Positions 13,801 through 26,200 of a stretch of 64,000 bases of DNA are shown here, in pieces. Both the position numbers and the translations under genes were made by a program. The first letter of the stretch is position 1. Each line of letters starts with the position of its first letter. The stretch spans positions 1 to 64,000 of the forward strand of contig DF237422.1 in NCBI GenBank assembly GCA_000708835.1, given 5' to 3'. The notes below the pieces were generated by a model, which was not told where the DNA came from, did not search any database, and saw nothing but the letters and a program-made list of their open reading frames with translations. This DNA comes from Klebsormidium nitens (Eukaryota; Plantae; Klebsormidiophyceae).

Positions 13801-16800
13801 GGATTGTGGAATCAACAGAAGCCACAATTCCGTCGGGGATGCACGTGCGGTAGTTGTGCGCGAGCAGCGGCTGGATGGAGATCAGGGTCTTGCACGTGAC
13901 GTCCTGCACACGTCAGCGAAGGCGGGTGCTAAAAAGTCCCTGCCTTTGGATTCAGTGGAGGTTCATACTTTCATTGACAATCTGCCGACTTTGAAGACGT
14001 CTTGTTCTGTAAAGTCGAACGGACGCTCAAGGGTATCCCTCAGACATTCCTCTGAGAAAAAGACGTCACTATCAGTGGGCTACACAACTTTTGAACCTTA
14101 AAGAATTCAGCTAAGCTTCAAAGTACATGAAGGAGTAAGCGGTAAGCAACAAGCTCCTGAAAGTATCTAAGATGAATTTTCCTAATTCCCTGATAAAGCC
14201 GTACAAATATTCGATGAGACATAGCTTCTGCAATAGTTCCCTTTCGAGTACAGTTGCCACGCGTCAAGTGGGCTTACCGCAATCTGCTCCCATAGTTTAT
14301 CGACGTCGTGGCCCTTTTTCCGAAGCGCCACCAGCATCGCCGTCAAGCTCCTGCAATGCATGAAGTCATGCTGACCTCATTATCAAACAGAAACCGAAGC
14401 ACACCTGCCCGCAAACCCAGCGTTGCACGTAAGCAGCTGGGTTTCTAGAGATCTTTGTACTAGACGTTGGCAAGCCGATGTGCGCTTTATGCGTTTCTGA
14501 TTCGACTCCGCAAAGAATGCCCAGGAGATTCCACAAGACTTTTCAAAAGAGTGTTCCTATCCTTACCCCAGATCAACGACGACGTACAAAAATATTTTGC
14601 TGCTTACGCCGGCAAGTTTTGAGCCGGTGGTTGAGTCAAAGGTTTCAAGGTTTTCAAGAAACCCTTACCACTTGCTGCCCTCGTCGGCCGCGGCCGCGTC
14701 TTTGTTGAACGCAAACTTGTCGTTCCGCTTGTTCACCGCGTAGTTGGTCAGATGCATGCAAGCCTGGGCCTGGGGTACCAGCAAGATAGTCTCAGCCGAA
14801 TGACCATCATTCAGCTAAGTATTTCTCGTTCTCTCCGGTACAAAGTGGATAAAAGTCACTCATTACCGATTTTCTTTGGATGAATCTGCATTGTAGAAAA
14901 GCGCCCCAGATTTCTCGCTGCTATGTGAAGCAAGCCATCGCATTGGCTCGAATACGCTTTCCGTAAGGTCGGACTGCGGTTGCATCCTTCGATAAGAGCC
15001 CATCTCACGGGTTGCTGGCGTTTTTTCAGCATCACTTGAAAAGAGACTGGCCAGCTAAGTGCTCAACGGCCAAGCCCGCACGACGCAAGTGAATCATGTG
15101 CCAGCTCCGTTGGATAGTGCGCCTTAATCCTGCCACGTCAGCAACATCGCTTTGACTGGAAGTGGGCTCTTACCAGATTGCTCCTCTGCGGGGCGACGTA
15201 CTTCTCGGTGCAGAAGCGGGCCAGCCCCTCCTTGTACAGAAAGACCCGCAGAGGATCGCACGAGAGCACGAGCACGTAGATCCGCAGGTCGAACTTGAAG
15301 TCGTTCACCAACATGGGCTGCGGAAAAGGACCACGTGAAGCGATTTCAGAAGCGTTGATTCCGTCCTTGTCTTCTGCTATGATCATACCCCGAAATGGTC
15401 AAGATGGTTCGATGGCTCTTGCCGTTTCCCTAGTCTTCTGCCTTCTGCCTCTTGCGAAGCGATTAGATGCTCGTCGCAGCTTTGATCCTGTGAGCGCGCC
15501 AGAACCCTTGCGAATGTTTGAATCAATCCCTCGATCAAAACATACATCGCCAACATTGGGGAGATACTCCTGCGCGACGAGCGCCACAGTTGACAGGTTG
15601 CGAAGCGCTTGTGACCCTCCGGCACATTTTTCACAGCTCGCCAGGTTTCTTGCAACTCGAAACGCCTCATCCGTAAAGCCGAAAGCCCCTTGCTCACCTT
15701 GGAAAGATACTTTTGCGCGACAAGCGCCTCCGTTGGGAGGTTTCGTAGCGCCTCGTAAACCCCGGCCTCGTTTTGGACGAGCGCGATGCCGCGGCCCTGG
15801 CAGCCCGTGTCGGGCTTGAGGATGAACGTCTTAACCGACTTCTTCGTGAACTGGGTTAGGAACTCGGGGAGTCTGCAGGAAAAATTTTCTTAAAACGATG
15901 AGGGTAATGCATGTAAAGGCTGTCTTATGCGGGGAAGCTGGATTGGGCTTGAAAGACAAACTCTTAGCCGGTTTTCGTGAAGTGGGTTAGAAGGTAAGGC
16001 AGTCTGCGCCGAAGGTGTTTTAATGGTAGCTACTCTTGTGCCAGGATTACGTCACAGGGTTGAGATGGGGATTCGAATTTGAGGACGACTACCTATAGCG
16101 AACTCTCCGTAGAGAGTGGATATAAAAGCTGAGCAGCCTGCGGCAAAACATAGAGCAGAGTATTCCAAAATACTGACCCAGGCGCATTGGTTGATGCGCG
16201 AGTATTGCACGCGGCCGCTTTGAGACACGAAGCCGGCTCCTTGAAAAGCCGAATGCATTCGATCATTCGTTTGTTGGACACTTACTCGATGGGCAGCACG
16301 AAGCTCTTGGGCATGAAGTTGTACTCGTTGGAGGCTAGCTTTTTCAGTTTGTATAGTTTTTATTTACTTCTAATAGGGAAAGCCCAAATGCAGCTATGAA
16401 CGCGACCGCTTTCTTGAGCAAAGCAGACCGTCTCTTAAAAGGCCCACACTCGACCCCCTTTGCCAGCGTTGATAACTTACTCAATCGGCAGCACGAAGAT
16501 CTTGGGCATAAAGATGTCCTCGTTCCATGCGAGCTTCTTCTTTTTGCACAATTTGAATTGTGTACTTATGATAGGGGGTGCCCGAGTGCAGCTATGAACG
16601 TGACCGCTTTCTTAAGCCAAGCAGACCGTCTCTCAAAATGGCCACACTCTTCCCTCGTTAACTCACTCGATGGGTAGGACGAAGCTCTTGGGCATAAAGT
16701 TGTACTCGTTGGGCGCGAGCTTCTTCATGGCCGCAAAGTTGCGCGAGAGTGCCTTCTTGCGGCAGACCTCGAGCATGCCGAAAAAGTGGTTGATCTTCTG

Positions 16801-18093
16801 CGCGCGCACCGGGAGAAACTTCACATCAGCGTCAGCACTACGTCGTAGCTGGAGTTGCACATTCACAGGAGTACGTCCGTACTACGAGAGCGGACACTTG
16901 AGCCGCACAGGTATATACCCGGCCTGCCAGCATCTTATCGAACAGTCTCCTTGGCTGGTCCACGGTGCCACTCCTTCAAAGCTCACTACGTCCGGTTTCG
17001 AATCTGTGTTGCGGCTTCGAGGTCGTTGCGCTTCGTCAAAGGCTCAAAGAAAGGGCGTTCTTTGCATAAGCGAGAATGGCATACGCTTGTTCAATGCAGG
17101 ATGCAATTTGTAACCGCTAGGGTGTACTGTTCCGAACCGCATCGTGCTTACAGTCAGCAAAGATGGGTCAAACACAAAGTTGGAAGTAAGACTAGAGCGG
17201 GGAAACCTTTACCTGGTAAGGCTCTAAGCGGAGCAGCCGGTCTGCCCCGATTGACGTGTCGGTCCAGTAGACGTGCCATTCGTCCTCGTCTCCGACTTCC
17301 TTCCATCCTAGAGTCCGCTGAACCCGGCGCACTGTAAGGTAGAATCAGTTCCAAAATGAAAATGAGAATGAGAATGGTTTTGCTTGTTGTAAGTCTGACG
17401 GTTCTTCTCGTGGATTCAAGCCCTTATGCCTCTCGTCAATTTGTTCAGCGGAGTTTCAGGACAGACGACGACTGGAGGAGCTCAAGGACTAGACATCAAA
17501 AAGGCGATGTGTCATGAAGACGCTACGTGTTATCATAGTTCTTTTTAACGGTGCCATTCGTCCTCGTAAGTTCGCTGAACCCGGCGGACTGTATCATACA
17601 AAGCAACACAAGCTAAAACTTGTGAACCACTTTGTAAACATGATTTTAAGGGCTCTACTCTCGGACTTTATTTCCCTTGCCTCTTGTTTGAATTGTCCAG
17701 CAGGGGCTTATGTTTCACACACAAAAGTGCGAGTTACGACAGAACGCGACTGAGGGAGGTTATGTTTCAAAAAGCTGGATAGCGACCTCAAATCAAGAAG
17801 TTACGGGAGTTTTGCGAAGAGGCCTGATGTCGGTAAGAGCATTCGCTGATCCATGTTTCGAGGGTTGTATGCCTGGGTCCTTGGCACCTTACACCGCAAA
17901 CAAGAGTTACGAATCCGCTGAATGATCCTCAGAGTTCTCATGTAATATCAACAGCGTCGATCCGATTCTTACCGACTTCGTACTTGCAGTTGCTCAGATT
18001 GAGGGCCGGTTTCAGGGTCTTCTTCTTGATTTTTTTCCCGCTTGAGACACGTTTCCGAGCATCCTTTGGAGGGAAGCGGCTTTCACCAGCCAT
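10819..18093 (-). CDS. TTLL6: Tubulin polyglutamylase, TTLL6/TTLL13 family
   Basis: Exons in transcript order: 18093-17973, 17331-17213, 16797-16667, 15872-15698, 15317-15174, 14769-14669, 14350-14278, 13758-13606, 13217-12591, 12196-12106, 11690-10819. Motifs LNLSNCKYE, WHVYWTD, QKINHFFGM, FILKPDTGCQGRGI, KFDLRIYVLVLSCDPLRVFLYKEGLARFCT, MHLTNYAVNK, CFELLGLDVILD...PWLLEVNHSPSF. The last two exons and the start codon are less certain. Confidence 0.9.
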
Positions 18094-19038
18094 TCCTTTA
18101 ACACAGGAAAAAGTACTCCATCAGTTGCTCTGTTTCAAGTGGTTGCCCAATTTCTGTACAGGGGACAGGAGCTCCTTAGAAAGGAGGCTGATAGAAGCGG
18201 AGTCTGAGGAGTGGCACCAGCAGTGCGGTGAGTAAAGGGAGAGTTGTCTGCCATCAAAGAGATATGGACCCAGATACAGCATCAGCAGCTAATCTTTTCA
18301 AGTTCAATTTCGAGGGACGAATTCTGGAGCTCGTTTTTGGTTGCAGTTCCACCAGCAAAGTACGGCAAGAAAAGTATCAGAAAACCATACTGTTCCTTAA
18401 AAGAGCTACGAAAACACAGGAATCTCCTTCATGAGAAGAGCTAATGTCGACGTTGCCAGCTGCTAGCGCCCCAGGTACGAAGACTGAAGGAATCCTTAAT
18501 CACAATCATTGTCAATGAGTGCTTCGTAAGATGGAATACGGGCCTGCTCCAAAGGTGCTACTTCCACTCTGCGCAAGAGACATACCTTTCAACCAGAGCT
18601 GGCCTGTGAAGAATTAACCATGCTCCTCCCGAATCGAAGGCGCACCTCAAACAGAGAAAGTCCGTAGACCTGTTTGAATCACATCAGCTCTCTCTGAGAA
18701 GTGAACGCTATCACCAGGAGCTGAGAGTCTTCACTAGTTATAAGAGCAGAGGTTACTTTGTTACACTTGGGGAGCATGTTCGCCCTTTCTGGGAAGAGTT
18801 GTCACGAAGGGCAATCCCTGATGCAACACCTAAGCCTTGTCGGTTTTCGCCCTAATATACGCCAGTTTTCCTCTACCAACGAATGTCACCTGGCCGTTGC
18901 AAGTACGTAAAAACAACTGTAGTACTACAGCATTGCACGTTCCACCAGAGTGTTGATCGCCCTCGAAGCTGCCAGACTTCGTCTAGGAAGCATACTGACG
19001 TGATTTTCTGAAAACCTCAACGCCCCTTCCAGGACATA

Positions 19039-19231
19039 CTGGTAACTCCCATTTCACTTAAGGGCCATTTCAGTTAACATACGAGCTACCCGGGCAAACT
19101 AACAAAAAACCCTAACCAACAGAATCACCCGCTCCGCACCCGAACCCACCCTAACCACCAAACCAACCCTACCCGTCTCCCGGGCGCCTATCCTAGGTGA
19201 AATGGCTCTCAAGTGAAATGGGAGTTACCAG
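19039..19231. mobile_element. 193-bp MITE-like foldback element (family A, copy 1)
   Basis: 34-bp terminal inverted repeats (ctggtaactcccatttcacttaagggccatttca / tgaaatggctctcaagtgaaatgggagttaccag, 2 mismatches) around a C-rich core (cccgaacccaccctaaccacc). Confidence 0.8.
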
Positions 19232-20234
19232 AGTTTCATGGACACCAGCACAGGTCTCCATGAGTCAATCTGCATTGCACGCGAATGCAACCTTGTCTTC
19301 TACCTCCTCTTTCCTGGCCGCAGTGTGACAAAGCGTTTGGCTATCTCGCCGCCTCTCGCTCACTATAATATCATTCATCAAGAATCTTGAAGGTCTCCTG
19401 CGTGTTGCATGCATATCCAAGATCCTACGTGTAAATACATGCACAATCTTTTTCCCAAGTGATCTGCATACGGAATCTAGGACAGTTATGTCCGGTTAAG
19501 CATTCTGACACTGCTGATGATATGCAATATGACGCGACAGCACAGTATCATATCTTTCCTCAAATCCTAGAATCTGTTTTCTTCACATTGTTACCCACTA
19601 CAGACTACGTCGACAAGAAGCGGCCTTAGGGCGCCGCCTTAGCAGCTCAGTGGCTCAGGCCTCTTTCTCGACATTGAAGAACCTCCTTTTCATAGTTGAT
19701 GATATTTTAGGTGCTGGACTAATTAACGTTGGAACGTTGCACCAAATTGCACTGATCTCATCGCTGTCAATACAAACTCTACCGTGATGTGCACAAGATA
19801 TTCCATAAGGCCCTTAATCCAGTGCTGCTCACGTGTTACAGTAGGCCTTAGAATAGTGCATCAGGCTCGGAGTCCAAATGGCTTGAACCGAGTGTAAAAT
19901 GAGTTCAGCCGGCTGAGACGCTCTAACCGTCGCCTGTTTCATTTACCACACTTGATTTGACTTGACTGAGTAATGATCACAGAGTTTTATCGACGGCATA
20001 TTTTCAGAAGGAATATCGGACGGCACAAAAATCACGACCGTGTACATATGCTGCATTATGCATCCACGGGACGAAGAAGCAAGTCAGCATTAAATATGAA
20101 ATGATTTGCTTGTTTTTCTGGAACATTTCACAACAGCAGCCCCATCCGAAAAGCTCTTTGAACAACAACCTGAAGGACAAAAGCTTGCTAGCTCCAAAGC
20201 AAGGAGAGAAGAGTTTCTAACCAAGGGCGTAGCC

Positions 20235-23200
20235 ATGGAGCGTCTGCAGCAGTCCCTGGAGGCATTGCAGCTCCACTCCTTATCCAACTCAGCTCAAGCT
20301 GTAACCGTCTTGACTGGTCTTCTGACCGTTCTCCTCTTCTCGGTGCGCATCTTCGTCCCAACAAGGGCGGCCCGCTGGCTGCGCAAGGTTCCTGGGCCTC
20401 CTTCTTATCCCGTCGTAGGGAACCTCATTGAGATTTTCAGCAAAGGGTATCATGAGTGCCATAAGGAATGGCTATCGATGTATGGCTCGGTGTATAAGTA
20501 TGTGATGGGGGACACGTTGCTGGTGGTTTCAGACCCTGATGTTGTGCAGCAGGTGAGCACTCTGCAAGCCTCTGGCGGCGTCTGATTGCGCCTGAGCTGG
20601 TCGTATGCATGCAGTACAATGCTGTACGTTGTTTTGGTGATGATCAGGAGAGGATGGAAGCGACTAGCATTGCTGCAAGATGATTAAGAGATGAGGAGGT
20701 TCACAAGTATATCTAGCAATGTCTTCTGAGGTTCTATTTGAAGTTGAATAATGAAAGATGAAATGACCTCAAAAAATGTTAGTGGTGGTATGATTGTCGG
20801 CGACCATTCTTCAAGTAGTCGCAAGGGCAGCATTCGTGTGTGAGCCCTTCAATATGTTTCATGTGAGCAGCATCAAACCTCTGAAGTCAAAAGTCATAGC
20901 TGGTTCTTAACAAAAGAGTACGCGATTCCACAGTGTTGCAAAAATGGGGTTTGCATCATGCAATTCAAGCCGCAACCCCAAGTGCTCTTTTTCCTTTTCA
21001 TTATTGTGATATATGACAGCACCTTCAGTGGTCATTTCTGGTTCTACAAGTCTGTGTATGAACATCTCTATCAAGGGGCAGTTTGGACAAGAAACTGGAC
21101 AGCCAAGAGCTGCCAAGGGCAAAAGTTTGTCAGAGAGGTCTATGAACATTGCAAGCGCTTTCTCTAGTCATGACAACTGCAACAGCATGGAGATTGCTTT
21201 TGGAACTTTTTGGCCAAGGCGCTGCTTAGGGCGCATACCAACAAAAACCTCGTGAAGCTGTCACTCAATACCATACCAAAACCATGCTTGTTGGAAGGAC
21301 TGTTTTCTCATTAAATCAGACACAAGCCCGGCACTGGAGTTCCTAAAGAGAACCTCGTAAACGACACATGAACCCCTGACACTCCCTTCTCTCCGGAAGG
21401 GAAGCAGACACTATCTGCCTTGCAATCACAACGAAGAAAAGACGCTTGTCATTGAGAATCCTGACTGTAGAGAAGGCCATTTCCTTGGAGTAGAGCTGAA
21501 CAATGAAGCTCTAATTTTGCAGGTTGGGATCCGTATGTTCAAGACTTTTCACGACCGGCAGATGCCAGGCTTTCTGGATGAGAATCAAGCGGGCAAGGCG
21601 CTTGTCTTCAGCAAGTGAGCATCTGTGCTTGTCTTTATCTGCCAACTGACCTGCATAATTGAAACGTTTGGAGCATCGAAATATGATTTCGTAAATTATC
21701 AGTCGAGCTATATCCTTTCTACAGAGGCCAATACTGGACATATGTGTGCAACGCAGTGCTCACACCCTTGATAATCACAACCCTATTTCTCTGAAACGTT
21801 ATCTTTGTTCCATGTACAGGGGCCCATACTGGTCTGGCGTGCGTAACGCAGTGCTCCCCCTTTTTCACACCGCAAAGCTTCAGCACTTTGGGCGTACCAT
21901 GCATGAGTGTGCAGAGCTCTTGGTAACGCGCCTTGAGAAAGCCGCTGCGAACAAGGAGCAACTCAACCTGCTGGAATGGGCGGGGGAAATGACCATGGAC
22001 GTGTTAGGGTCTTCAGCCTTTGGGGTTACTTTCAACAGTCAGGTGAGATCTTGATTGCAGTTAGGGAAGGTTCTGATTTTGCTCTTTGTCGCTTATAGTC
22101 TTAGGTGTGCCCCTCGAGAAAGTGGATGAGAACGGGTTCCAAGTTGATCCGCTGAAGGGTGAGGAACAATTGACCGTGGACGTGTTGGAGTCTTCTGCCT
22201 TTGGGTTTCTTCCCAAACAGTCAGGTGAGATTCTGGATCTTGGTTAGGGAAGGTTTGGTGTAGTAATTCGTCAATCTCAGTTCCAAATGTGCACCCGGGA
22301 AAGGCTCTGAAGAGGAAGCAAGTCAAGCTGCTTAAATGGACGGGTTGGGGTCTTCCTCCTTTGGGATCACTTTCAACGGTCAGGTAAACCCTGGGTCTTA
22401 ACTATTAATCTTGTGACCTGTCAACTGAGTTCGCTCTTTGAGAAAGCGAATGCAAAGGGCGAGCAAGTTGCGTTGCTATAGTGGGCAGGGGCGATGGCCA
22501 TGGACGCATTCAGAATCTCCTCTTTTCGTCCATTTTAGTTGGTGCTTCCTTCTCTCAGTGTTGGTTGGAAAATGGCGTTTCCAACCTAAGTTTAGCGTGA
22601 GCCAATCTTCGGACAGCACGGTGGCAACTGTGCTTTCGCATTCTGCTTGCTTCGGTAGAAAATGAGGTCCGAAGAGAAGCAAATACCATCAGAATCTGAT
22701 TTCATCAGCTGGGATCCAAGCCCAAACAAAGATCGACCGCTTTTGTCAGCCAAGCAGGATTTGCGGACACATTCATCTTCCCTTTCTATTTCCGCAGGTC
22801 GGCGAAAAGACCGAGGGCCTCAATTTGACAAAGGCCGTGAGCGGGAATCTCGCCAGCATGGCGGAACTGCGCTTCAGCACTCTCCTGGCGATCCTGTGCC
22901 CTCCTCTACGGAAGCCCGCGCAATGGCTGATGTCACTCATTCCCGGGACGGGTGACAACGTGGGTAAAAAGCGGAACGTCTACATGATGCGGGAGAGCAA
23001 GAAGATCATCCAGGCTCGACGGAAAGTGAGGGCCATCTTATTCTCTGATTTTCTATTCTCTGATCCTCTTTTGATTCTTGTACGTGTCGTCGTATCAGAA
23101 CTGCCCGTTCGCGTTTCTGCAAATGCCCTTCGCTCGTTACTGCTCTTCTGACCTTGTTTGTATTCAATAAGGAGTATCTTTGTTTTTTGGTGTATTCGCG

Positions 23201-26200
23201 TACGTATCGTCGTATCAGAACTGCCCGTTCGCGTTTCTGCAAATGCCCTTCGCTCGTTACTGCTCTTCTGTTCTTGTTTGTTGTCAACAAGGAGTATCAC
23301 TGTTTTTCGTTTATTCGCGTACGTATCGTCGTATCGGAACTGCCGCGTTTCTGCAAACGCCCGTCGCTCCTTGCTACTTCCCTGTCTCTGTTCTTGTCGA
23401 TGAGCAGTCTTCTTTATGCACTGAAGTACGTCTCGTCATATCACAGTCGCCCGTTCGCTTTTTCTAGCCGGGCTCGTCACTCTCCCTCTGCCTTTGTTTT
23501 TAGTCGATAGGGAGTATCTCTTGTTTTCATTTTCTCGAACGCCACGTCGTATTGGAAATGTCCGTTCGCTTTTCTGCGAACGCCGTTTGCTTGTCACGGC
23601 ATTTGTGTCTTTGTTCTTGTCGATGATTAGTATTCTTTATGCCCGTACGTGTCGTCGTAACAAAGTCGCCCGTTCGCTTTTTCTGCCCGCGCTCGTTACT
23701 GATCTTCCGTCTTTGTCAATAGAAACCTTCTTTCGCTAGACTCGCGCTTGATTTTCAAGGCCTTGCTCTGATTCTGTGCTAGTCGGTCGAGGTCACCCCG
23801 CTAATTCCAAAAGCTTCCTGGTACATTCAGAACACAAATTGAGGGTCCACTGACTCAAAATGTAAAGGGTCTGTTGAGAGCCTTCGTCACGTAGTTCAGT
23901 GTGATCGAGCGCTGCGGGGTTTTGGAAGCAAGCCGACGTCATCTGTTCTGCGGTCTTCTATACAGCAGGCTCAATGCCGACGCTTTACCGCTGTCACGAA
24001 CGATATGGAGTGGGGATCTAAGCATGCTAAAGTTCTGCGGCGTGTTAAAAGCGCTTGGGTGAAACGCCTGGGTAAAAGCTTTCCGACCCCTTTTGCGTCA
24101 TCAAAGATCAAGCTGCGTCTCTCGAGCGCGATAGCCTTCGATTTGCAAGTGTTCTGACCCGAAGCAGCTGTTTGCAGAAAGGAAGAATTTTAACAAAAAC
24201 AAAACAGCAAAACGAATTAACAATTAAAAGTCAGAATGGAAGGTGAAGAGGCAATCTGGGAGCAGAACGACGAGGAGTAGATGAAACTCAAGAAAAATAA
24301 TATTTAGCCCAGATAATAATAAGGTAACCGCACTTTGACGGGTAGGGTTAGTATGGTGGTTAGGGTGGGTACGGGTGCGGAGCGGGTGTTTCATTATAGG
24401 TCAGGGTTTTTATTGTTAGTTGGAGCTTACTATTATCTTGGCTTACTATTATCTTTTTTGAGAGCTATGGGATGTAGAGGAACGAGACTGTTAGAAATCA
24501 TCCGTGCAGGAGGCTGACGTGGCAGAGACCCGTCACGATTTTCTGAGCATGCTGACGCAAGCCCGGGACAAGACCACGGGAGAGCCTCTCTCGGACGCGT
24601 CGATCCAGGCGATCGTGTACGAGTTCCTTGGCGCGGGCACGGACACGACAGCCAACACGTTGAGCTTCGCCGGTAAGCTATGGGTATGCTCATAAGCTAT
24701 CATAAATTTCTGCAGTAGTACTGCTGCGCGTTTTTGAGTATCCAACGGAAGGAGTCAGTTGCTTTTCACTTTCTTTGGTGCGGGGACGGATACGACTGCC
24801 AACACAATCAGCTTCGCCGGTAAGCTATGGGTATGCTCATAAGCTGTCATAAGTTCCTGCAATAGTACTGCTGCGCGTTTTTGAGTATCCAACGGAAGGA
24901 GTCAGTTGCTTTTCACTTTCTTTGGTGCGGGGACGGATACGACTGCCAACACGTTAAGCTTCGCCGGTAAGCTTTGGGTTGGCTCATAATCTATTAGAAG
25001 CCATTAAGTTCCTGTAATACTACTGCTGCGCGTTCTGAGTCTTCAACGGAAAGAGTCAGTTGGTTTTCACTTTCTTTGGTGCGGGGACGGATACGACTGC
25101 CAACTTGATCAGCTTCACCGGTAAAACACGGGTGAATTTATGCAGAAGTACTGCTGCACATATTGTGGCTTTTGACCGAAACTTTCAGTTGGTCAATCTT
25201 GGATCTGTTGGCGCCGTGACGGTTACGACGGCCAACGCGATTAGCTTTGCCGGTAAGCTATGGTTACGTTGTTAAGCTATTCATTAGATGCAACTGCGCC
25301 TCTCAGAGAACTGCTAGGGGGGCCTTGCTGGGATCTAGTCGCTCATGTATGAGGAATGCGACTGCTGACACAATCAGCGTCGCCGGTAATCGATAGGCAA
25401 TGCTTGAAGCAAACGTTTTCTCGAGCAAAGTGATGAATCTTTCTTAGTTCTGGATTCTGCGGATAAAACAAATGATGGTCAATAAGGCCGATTTTATTAA
25501 GAGTCGCGCTCGACTTCTGACACCGTCAGCTGCGCGGATAAGCGATGGGTATTGCTCATAAGGTAATGATGGCTTGACCCGTTGATGGTGCTTCTCCTAG
25601 TCCGCTCTGTTTGGTTCTGTTTGGCGCAAAATAAACGAGGCGATAAAGATGACCCAACTCTGCAATCCTTCTGTCTGATCTGGCTATTTGGACTAAAATT
25701 TTCCGTCGACAAAAGTTTTCCATCCAAATCTTCGAGCTATCTTAGGCCAAAGGCGGATATTTGTAACATTTTCCGGACTCCTCCGAAGTTTAAGTTGGCC
25801 GGAATAGGATCCTGAATGGCATAAGCCACGAACTCGCTTTGATCCGGCCGGTCTCTGCAGTGTACTCGTTGACCAACAACCCGGCGGCCGAGGAAAAGAT
25901 GCGCCGCGAGATCCGCGCCTTTTACGAGAAGCTCGAGAAAGAAGGAGTGAAGGACACGGCATTCCGCCCGACGTACGACGAGCTGGCCCAGTTTCCGTAC
26001 GTCGAGCAGGTAAGGATCGGCGGAGGGTTGTTTTGTGCAACTTTGTTTACACAGGGTTTTGCCCGGGCGTGAAGACAGGGTGTTTGGTTGTTTTGGAGAG
26101 TGTTGCACCGTTCTTACGAGAGATGGAGAAGATACTAGATTGGTTTTGGTTGGCGCCCTCTTCTGTTATCGGCAGATTGAATGACGGATGGTTTGTATCT

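Noticed and set aside
22980-23740. Overlapping ORFs with internal repeats
   Set aside because: Translations of the 120-bp intronic minisatellite. The array also lacks the constant-repeat/unique-spacer structure of CRISPR.
24740-25125. I-helix echoes as alternative P450 micro-exons
   Set aside because: They cover only about 20 codons of a 54-codon exon, and read-through meets stops, so they cannot replace the exon.
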